From a virus (Duplodnaviria > Caudoviricetes): a stretch of 29,364 nucleotides of DNA. This document shows, piece after piece, positions 23,695 through 29,364 of this stretch. The stretch lies in IMG/VR virus record IMGVR_UViG_3300049211_000012, positions 1 through 29,364 of that record; one strand, given 5' to 3'. Position 1 is the first letter of the stretch. Each line of letters opens with the position of its first letter. Below the pieces are notes generated by a model, which was not told where the DNA came from, did not search any database, and was given only the letters and a program-made list of their open reading frames with translations. The position numbers and the translations under genes are program-made.

Positions 23695-25329
23695 TCAGTA
23701 GAAGGCGGATTCGGCGACGGGGGCCTGGCGCTGCTCGGCGAACGTCAGCATCAGCGCGTCGGCATGGTCGGGGCTGGCGATGCCGCGGCGGCGCAGCGCG
23801 TCCTTCTTCTCGATCACGATCTTGCCCCGCTCGTTCTTCTCCCACTTGACCAGGGAGAGCTGAAGGTTGAGCGCGTCGCTCTGCTGATCGCCGGATGGGA
23901 GGGCGAGCAGGTCGGTGACCGGGTGCTCGATCCCGCCGTCCTTGCCCTCAAGGAACAGGACGTGTTCGTGGGTGCGCTGGAGCGCGGTGCGGCAGAGCCA
24001 CCAGATTTCGGCCTTGAGGTTGCCGAACATCTCCTCGGACGTGCGCTCGTCAGGCCAGCGCCGATTGCTCGGCGGCGTGCCGGTGTTGACCGGATAGATG
24101 GCGAGGCCCGCGACCTCGTTGTGCATCATCGTCGAGGCGACGCCGGCGCCGACGCCGGGCGCATCGAAGTTCACGGACGAGACGCCGGCCGCCTTGGCGA
24201 GCTCCAGGCCCCAGTGGGCGGTCCCGGTGGTGTCGGGCTCGCCGCGCGCCTTCGGCGGCAGGACCACGGGGCCCTTGCGCACGATGGCGACGGACTTGGC
24301 CTTGCCGGCCCCGACGTCGAGGCCAAGGGCGCCGTTGTTCGAGGGGCGCAGCCGAGGTTCAAGGTCCGCCAGCCGCTTGGCGCTCTCGACCCACAGGGCC
24401 GGGATGCAGATGCCCTCGACCGAGGCCGAATAGTCGATGTCGTATTCGCTGGCCCAGGTCGTCGGCTCGGAGAAGCTGGCCTGCTTGGTCTGCGCCCACT
24501 CGTCGGTCTTGCGCGGGTCGTCGCGCCAGTGCAGGCGGAACACCTGCCGCGGCTTCAGGATCGAATGGCGCTTGCGGGCGAACAGGTTGCCCATGCCGTT
24601 GACCGAGGAGACCCAGATCACGCAGTCGGTGTTGCCGGAGAGCGCGGCCTCGGTGGTCTCGGCGTTCGGCACGAAGGCCGCCTCGTCCAGCACATAGACG
24701 GTGGAGCGGCCGCCGCGGCCCATGTCCTCGCCGCCTTCGCCCGAGATGGTGGCGCCGGTCGCGGGGTTGCTGAGCCGCATGTAGTTGTCGTGCGTCGTCC
24801 AGCTGAACCCGACGGGCATCAACTCCGGCGGTTGCCGCCGCAGGATGATCCGCAGCTTGGCGAAGATGCTGTCGGGGTTGTCCTTCTTGTCGACGTAATC
24901 GACCTTGCGGGAGCCGAACGTGCCCTTGAAGCCGTCGAGGAACATCCACGCCCAGGCGCAGACGCCGGCGCACAGGTAGGTGGCCCCGACGTCGCGGGAC
25001 TTTTCGAGCAGGCCCTCTTCCTGGGCGATGATCTGACCGTAGAGCCAGCGCACCGCCTCGCGTTGACGAGGCCACAGGTTGAACTGGATGAAGGCGCCGC
25101 CGGGCTTGCCGATCAGGCGCGGGTCGTAGGTCCAGGCGTAGCGGTCGAACCAATGCAGCAGGCCGTCGAGACCGTTGGCGCAGCGGGCGCGCTCCTGATC
25201 CCAGCCGCCGGCTTCCGCCTCAACCCTGCGCTTCGTCAGCTCCGCTTGGATCTGCGATCGCAGCGCCTGCGCCTGTTCCCGGCTCAGCGACAACGCCGAG
25301 GACGTGTTCAAGGCGGCGGAGATCGTCAT
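23695..25329 (-). CDS. terL: Terminase large subunit (intact)
   Basis: F.LWPRQ, Walker A-like EKSRDVGAT, GRGGR, Walker B YVLDEAAF, nuclease GLDVG and SPDHADAL. Confidence 0.95.
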   Translation of the reverse strand: MTISAALNTSSALSLSREQAQALRSQIQAELTKRRVEAEAGGWDQERARCANGLDGLLHWFDRYAWTYDPRLIGKPGGAFIQFNLWPRQREAVRWLYGQIIAQEEGLLEKSRDVGATYLCAGVCAWAWMFLDGFKGTFGSRKVDYVDKKDNPDSIFAKLRIILRRQPPELMPVGFSWTTHDNYMRLSNPATGATISGEGGEDMGRGGRSTVYVLDEAAFVPNAETTEAALSGNTDCVIWVSSVNGMGNLFARKRHSILKPRQVFRLHWRDDPRKTDEWAQTKQASFSEPTTWASEYDIDYSASVEGICIPALWVESAKRLADLEPRLRPSNNGALGLDVGAGKAKSVAIVRKGPVVLPPKARGEPDTTGTAHWGLELAKAAGVSSVNFDAPGVGAGVASTMMHNEVAGLAIYPVNTGTPPSNRRWPDERTSEEMFGNLKAEIWWLCRTALQRTHEHVLFLEGKDGGIEHPVTDLLALPSGDQQSDALNLQLSLVKWEKNERGKIVIEKKDALRRRGIASPDHADALMLTFAEQRQAPVAESAFY

Positions 25330-25735
25330 CGCTCACCTTGCTGAGGTCCACGGTCTGGATCGGGCCGCCGCCCGGGCCGGTGTGCTCGTGCTGTTGCTTG
25401 TCGCCATAGACCTTCGGCGCCATGCGGCCGGCCGTCCACTTGTAGGCGTCGATCGCCACGCGAGCCCGGTCGACTTCGATCTTGCCGAGCAGCACGCCGC
25501 TGGCGACGTTGGTTACTTGGTCGCCGTAGTGCTCGCCGACCGCCTCGCGCGCGAGCACGTATTGGTCCCGAACTTGCGGGTTCACCTTCACGACCGCGAG
25601 CACGTGAGCATGGTTGACGCCCCGCTCACGACAGGCGGCGCGGAGCGACTTCGGCGGGTCTCCGGTCATCGCCTCAAAGATGGCGTCGAGGTCGGCCTCG
25701 TCGGGGCGACGCATGCCCTTCGGAGATTCGCTCAC
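25220..25735 (-). CDS. terS: Terminase small subunit (Sf6-like)
   Basis: SLRAAC HTH, QY..ARE, IDAYKW.A.RMAPKVYGDK, EHTGPGGGPI. Confidence 0.9.
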   Translation of the reverse strand: MSESPKGMRRPDEADLDAIFEAMTGDPPKSLRAACRERGVNHAHVLAVVKVNPQVRDQYVLAREAVGEHYGDQVTNVASGVLLGKIEVDRARVAIDAYKWTAGRMAPKVYGDKQQHEHTGPGGGPIQTVDLSKVSDDDLRRLEHVLGVVAEPGTGAGAAIADPSGADEAQG

Positions 25736-26980
25736 CTAAGCCGCCTTCGCCGCAAGCCGCCGCTCATCGGAGACTTCGCGGAACGTCTGGCCGGTGGCTT
25801 CGAGGGTGGCGGTGCGGCCGGTGAAGTCTTCGAACCGATGGACGATCACGTCGCAATAGGCGGGGTTGAGTTCCATTCCGTAACAGCGACGACCAGCTGA
25901 CTCTGCTGCGATCATGGTCGAGCCGCTGCCGAGAAACAGATCGAGCACCAGCTGGCCCGGTTGCGTACTGTTTCCGAGCGCACGCTCAGCCAGGGCGACC
26001 GGCTTTTGGGTCGGGTGGTAGTCGTTGCGCGGCGAGCGGTTGTGCTCCCAGAGCGTGACTTCGTTATTCGGTCCATGCCAGCGAGCGGACTTGCCGCGAC
26101 GGTGTCCATAGTAGCAGGGCTCGTGCTTGCCCTTGTAGTGGGCCGACGTCATGAACTGCGCGTGGTTCTTGGCCCAAATTATCTGGGCGACGATCTGGTA
26201 GCCTGCCGCAGCCGCAGCCGCAGCCGCAGCCGCAGCCGCAGCGTGGCCGTCTGCGTACCAGAGGTAAAGCGGCGCTTTGTCATCAGCCGCGAAGGATAGG
26301 TGGGGGAGCGCGCCGCCATAGATGTCGGTGCCGAGGTGGTCGCCTTTCAAGCGGTCGCGCTTCTTGGCTCCGCCGGTGTAGTCGACGCCGTAAGGCGGGT
26401 CGGTGAAAACCATCTGCGCCTGCTGGCCCGCCATGAGGGTGCGGACGTCCTCGGCCTTGGTGGAGTCGCCACATGCGAGCCGATGCCCGCCCATCAGCCA
26501 AACATCCCCCGTCACCGTGACAGGGTCTGCCGGCGCCTCGGGAACCTCGTCGGGATCGCCGTGCCCGCTGTTGGGCGGGTTCAGCAGCGCGTCCAGCTCA
26601 TCCGCATCGAAGCCGATCAGGTCGAGGTCGAAGCCTTCGGAGCCCAGCGCCTCGATCTCGGCGCGCAGTGCGTCCTCGTCCCAGGCGGCGTTCAGGGCCA
26701 GTTTGTTGTCGGCGATCACGTAGGCGCGGCGCTGGGCCGGCGTCAGATGATCCAACACCAGGACGGGCACGTCGGGCAGGCCGAGCGACTTCGCGGCGAG
26801 CACGCGGCCGTGGCCGGCGATGATCCCGCCGTCGGCGTCGATCAGCACCGGGTTGGTGAAGCCGAACTCGGTGATCGAGGCGGCGATCTGCGCCACCTGG
26901 GCGTCGCTGTGGGTCCGGCTGTTCCGCACATAGGGGATCAGCTCGGCCACCTTGCGAGTGGCGAGGTCGCTGGGGCGCAT
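25736..26980 (-). CDS. ParB-N domain fused to amino (N6A/N4C) DNA methyltransferase, beta class
   Basis: IIAGHGR ParB motif; TDPPY (motif IV) precedes HPTQKP and LDLFLGSG (motif I). Confidence 0.93.
   Translation of the reverse strand: MRPSDLATRKVAELIPYVRNSRTHSDAQVAQIAASITEFGFTNPVLIDADGGIIAGHGRVLAAKSLGLPDVPVLVLDHLTPAQRRAYVIADNKLALNAAWDEDALRAEIEALGSEGFDLDLIGFDADELDALLNPPNSGHGDPDEVPEAPADPVTVTGDVWLMGGHRLACGDSTKAEDVRTLMAGQQAQMVFTDPPYGVDYTGGAKKRDRLKGDHLGTDIYGGALPHLSFAADDKAPLYLWYADGHAAAAAAAAAAAAAGYQIVAQIIWAKNHAQFMTSAHYKGKHEPCYYGHRRGKSARWHGPNNEVTLWEHNRSPRNDYHPTQKPVALAERALGNSTQPGQLVLDLFLGSGSTMIAAESAGRRCYGMELNPAYCDVIVHRFEDFTGRTATLEATGQTFREVSDERRLAAKAA
26207..26242 (-). repeat. Perfect hexanucleotide repeat (GCTGCG)6 within a 13-Ala tract
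   Basis: Read directly; in frame inside the methyltransferase. Confidence 0.95.
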
Positions 26981-27004
26981 GGATCCTCAAGGGGATGGAG
27001 CACG

Positions 27005-27027
27005 AAAAAGGCCCCGCGAGGGGGCCT
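27005..27027 (-). terminator. Intrinsic terminator in leader of late cassette 2
   Basis: AGGCCCC-CTCGC-GGGGCCT followed by TTTT. Confidence 0.8.
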
Positions 27028-27060
27028 GCTGTGTGGCTTACGCACCACTGCGATGTGGCA

Positions 27061-27090
27061 GAAATACGCCCTTCGGCGTTACCGCGTCAA
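27061..27090 (-). promoter_or_regulatory. Putative late promoter 2
   Basis: TTGACG, 18 bp, TATTTC; terminator lies about 35 nt downstream. Confidence 0.6.
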
Positions 27091-27114
27091 TAGACTTGGC
27101 TGTGGCGGGCTGTC

Positions 27115-27555
27115 TCAGGTCAGGAATAGATCCGCACCACTGGATGGCCGTGCGGAAACGCTTTCGGCCTCGTCGGTCCAGTTGCCGATGATCCGGGCTT
27201 TCGACTTGATGCTGTCGAGGTTGTGTCGCAGGCCGGCGAAGGCGTAGCTGATGCGCCGGTTACGGGTGCGAATGTACTTTTCGCCGACGTCGAAATAGTC
27301 GGCCAGCCAGGCCACTGACCTGATCGCCGCCTTGATCTCCTCCATCGAGGATTCGTCGAGGCTGTTCAGGTGCTCGCGGCTGGCGAGGAACACGCCCTCG
27401 ACGCCAAGCTCGGCGAGCTGATAGATGCGCAGGGCAGACCGAAGCGCGAGGCCCCTCGTCTTCCCCGATCCGCGCCCGCCCTTGAAGACCCGCGTTCCCG
27501 CCGGCTTGGCGAAGTTGCGCGTGATCTTCGGGATTTCCTCAATCGTCGCTCGCAC
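27115..27555 (-). pseudogene. terL: Truncated PBSX-family terminase large subunit (N-terminal ATPase part only)
   Basis: Walker A GGRGSGKT, RE..NSL.ES, F.GL..N.DSIKS, Walker B WTDEAE, then about 12 unrelated residues and a stop; no nuclease domain. Confidence 0.85.
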
Positions 27556-27949
27556 CGGGCGACCTGAACTCGATGACTGTGGGTTTTGGGCTCATGGAGC
27601 CATCGCCCGACCTGTGATCCTGTTTGTCGATCACGAGGCCATTCAGCTTGGCGGCGTCCATCAGCGATGCGCGGGCCACGTTCAGCATCGCCGCTTCCTT
27701 GCTGATCTCCGCTACGTCGGCGATTTTCAGCAGGCGATCGGTGATGTCTGCGACAGTGATTTCGGCTCGGACGGCAGCCCGTCCCTGGATCTCGGCGACG
27801 CGCTCACAAATGTTCACATCAGCGGCGAGGCGGGCGGCGGCGCTCCGGCTCGGTCTGTAGCCAGCCTGAACATAGGCGTCGGCTTGGCTCAGGCCCTTCG
27901 CGAGTTCCTGCGCATAGCGTTCGTGCCGCGCGTTCTTGAGCGCTGGCAT
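27539..27949 (-). CDS. terS: Terminase small subunit, different family from 25220..25735
   Basis: L.N.RHE.YAQ..A.G.SQ..AY..AGY..S...AARL...I.ERV.E; overlaps the truncated terL start. Confidence 0.85.
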   Translation of the reverse strand: MPALKNARHERYAQELAKGLSQADAYVQAGYRPSRSAAARLAADVNICERVAEIQGRAAVRAEITVADITDRLLKIADVAEISKEAAMLNVARASLMDAAKLNGLVIDKQDHRSGDGSMSPKPTVIEFRSPGASDD

Positions 27950-27975
27950 TTGGCCTCGGGGATGTTGGGGAAATG

Positions 27976-28000
27976 AAAAACCCCGCCGGTTCGGGCGGGG
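27976..28000 (-). terminator. Intrinsic terminator in leader of late cassette 1
   Basis: CCCCGCC-CGAACC-GGCGGGG followed by TTTTT. Confidence 0.85.
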
Positions 28001-28032
28001 TCAGTGTGTCTCGCACGTCGCGAGTGCTGGCA

Positions 28033-28061
28033 CATTTGCCATGGTCTCGCTTAATCGTCAA
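28033..28061 (-). promoter_or_regulatory. Putative late promoter 1
   Basis: TTGACG, 16-17 bp, GCAAAT; homologous to promoter 2. Confidence 0.55.
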
Positions 28062-28085
28062 TGGGGTTGGTTGCGGCGTGTTGGC

Positions 28086-28271
28086 TCAGGTGATGATCAC
28101 GAAGCGCCGCGTCGGGTCCTGGTCGAAATACTCGCAATCGATCGCGTCACCCATCGTGGTTTCTGCGACGCGAAATATGTCGCAGGGCGACCCGTCTGCA
28201 TCGAACACGGCGAGCACTTCCATGCCCTGCGGCATCTCCTGCAGCGCCTTGATCAGCTCGGCCACGGTCAT
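28086..28271 (-). CDS. 61-aa hypothetical phage protein
   Basis: Start placed at ATG 28271: MTVAELIKALQEMPQGMEV, a common small phage protein N-terminus; ATGA overlap. Confidence 0.75.
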   Translation of the reverse strand: MTVAELIKALQEMPQGMEVLAVFDADGSPCDIFRVAETTMGDAIDCEYFDQDPTRRFVIIT

Positions 28272-28513
28272 GCCCGGCTCTTGGGTTCGGCCCAGCGCCA
28301 CAGCAACCAGCACCCCAAGCCGACCATGCAGACGAGGGTGGCCGCGGTTGAAACGACGGCCCAGGTCATGCCGATCTTGCCGGCCAGCCACAGGGTGAGC
28401 GGACCCTTCTCCGAGATCAGGCTCATGACGGCGAGGCATGGCGAGATCGTCAGGAACATCGTCCAGAGGTAAAGCGCCCTGCCGCGCCGACGCTCGCGAT
28501 CGGCCGCGGTCAT
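28268..28513 (-). CDS. 81-aa membrane protein with two hydrophobic segments
   Basis: Start placed at ATG 28513 (MTAADRERRRG); LYLWTMFLTISPCLAVMSLI and WAVVSTAATLVCMVGLGCWLLW. Confidence 0.6.
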   Translation of the reverse strand: MTAADRERRRGRALYLWTMFLTISPCLAVMSLISEKGPLTLWLAGKIGMTWAVVSTAATLVCMVGLGCWLLWRWAEPKSRA

Positions 28514-28578
28514 CTCCGCACGCGCTCCAGCTTTTTGCGCAGATCGGCTGGGATCGGCATGGTCAGGGCTCCCTGCGC

Positions 28579-28722
28579 TCAGTTCATCGGACCATAGCGG
28601 ACCGTGACTTCCATCGGCTCGCCAGCGGTCGTGTAGAGGTTGACCACTCGCACTCGAAACCGGAAGAGGCGGGCCAGGCGGAGGACGAGGCGGCCCCATC
28701 GTCCAGGGCGGACGGTGATCAT
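28579..28722 (-). CDS. 47-aa basic hypothetical protein
   Basis: Not in ORF track. ATGA overlap; MITVRPGRWGRLVLRLARLFRFRVRVVNLYTTAGEPMEVTVRYGPMN. Confidence 0.45.
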   Translation of the reverse strand: MITVRPGRWGRLVLRLARLFRFRVRVVNLYTTAGEPMEVTVRYGPMN

Positions 28723-29123
28723 CGGCGCCTCCGCTCGTCGATGCGCTCTTCCATGTAGACCGTTCTTCTCCCGTTGATCTTGGCGATGCAGCGGTAGGTG
28801 GCGGGCTGCGCATCGCGGTTGATCCTAAGCGCAACACCTTCAAAGCCCGGATAGCGAAGATGCCATTGGCAGCGCGTCCAAAAATCGGGGCCCGGGTCGC
28901 CGATCAAGAGGTGTCGAAGCTCAACCTTCGGGCAGGGCGCTCCTCGCGTAGGAGGCTTCCGCGTCACGATGCAAGTTGGCGGACCGATCACGACGCACCC
29001 ATCCCCGTCGCATGTGACCGAGTCGATGTGGCCGGCGGTGATCCCGCCTGTCTGGCCGACGGTGGTCACCGACTGCGCTGCGAGCGTGACAGCCGAGGCG
29101 GCGAGTAGTGCGGCAACGGTCAT
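28719..29123 (-). CDS. 134-aa Cys-rich hypothetical protein, possible signal peptide
   Basis: Start placed at ATG 29123 (ATGA overlap); MTVAALLAASAVTLAAQS; six Cys. Confidence 0.6.
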   Translation of the reverse strand: MTVAALLAASAVTLAAQSVTTVGQTGGITAGHIDSVTCDGDGCVVIGPPTCIVTRKPPTRGAPCPKVELRHLLIGDPGPDFWTRCQWHLRYPGFEGVALRINRDAQPATYRCIAKINGRRTVYMEERIDERRRR

Positions 29124-29335
29124 GTCTGAATGCCCGGCGGGCGCGGCAGTGGAACATGGGCGAGCATGAGCGCCGTAAACTCGTCGAGCGCCGCCGTGAA
29201 GCGCGGTTGGTCGCTGGGCCAGGCGAAGTGGAACAGCTCGCGGCTCTCTTCGCCATGCTCGGACCAAGTGAGCTCGATGAACCGGCTCCCCGGCCACGGG
29301 TCGTCGCCGTGGGTGACGCAGTGCAGCAGTTTCAC
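29120..29335 (-). CDS. 71-aa hypothetical protein
   Basis: GTG start with GGGGAAGG RBS; stop overlaps next start. Confidence 0.6.
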   Translation of the reverse strand: MKLLHCVTHGDDPWPGSRFIELTWSEHGEESRELFHFAWPSDQPRFTAALDEFTALMLAHVPLPRPPGIQT

Positions 29336-29364
29336 TTCACCTTCCCCTTCTTCAGCAGCGCCCC

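Larger units (their letters stand above)
1..29364 (-). mobile_element. Siphovirus-type phage/prophage late region (packaging, head, neck, tail, fibres); both ends lie outside the window
   Basis: Canonical order terminase-portal-scaffold-capsid-neck-tail tube-chaperones-tape measure-fibres on the minus strand; no sheath gene; no integrase, att site or lysis genes seen. Confidence 0.97.

Noticed and set aside
18888-25344. Long plus-strand ORFs (18888..20780, 22569..23849, 23686..25344; likewise 544..1806, 4719..6071, 6127..7509, 7692..9191, 13290..14651)
   Set aside because: Antisense shadows of well-supported genes in high-GC DNA; Arg/Gly/Val-rich with no motifs
28268-28513. Holin call for the two-helix membrane protein
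   Set aside because: No adjacent endolysin or spanin, and it lies upstream of the late promoter

Overview
The whole window is the late (morphogenesis) region of a temperate siphovirus or prophage in a high-GC host (probably an Alphaproteobacterium; inferred, not shown). Nearly all genes are on the minus strand and many overlap by 1-4 bp. Read right to left: small hypothetical genes; a promoter/terminator cassette, TerS and a truncated PBSX-type TerL; a second homologous cassette, ParB-fused DNA methyltransferase, a different TerS and intact TerL; portal; a sialyltransferase/Maf-like protein; scaffold; P22-type major capsid; head-tail and minor head genes interrupted by an antisense hicAB pair; tail tube; frameshifted tail chaperones; two morons; tape measure; then fibre/adhesin genes running off the left edge. 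Most notable: (1) five GGAU-loop hairpins around the scaffold gene, two able to refold into an alternative stem beside the capsid RBS; (2) two tandem homologous late-control and packaging modules; (3) signal-peptide-bearing, Cys-paired proteins in the fibre module; (4) a candidate glycosyltransferase in the head operon; (5) a perfect (GCTGCG)6 poly-Ala tract in the methyltransferase. All family calls are by motif recognition and synteny; no searches were run.
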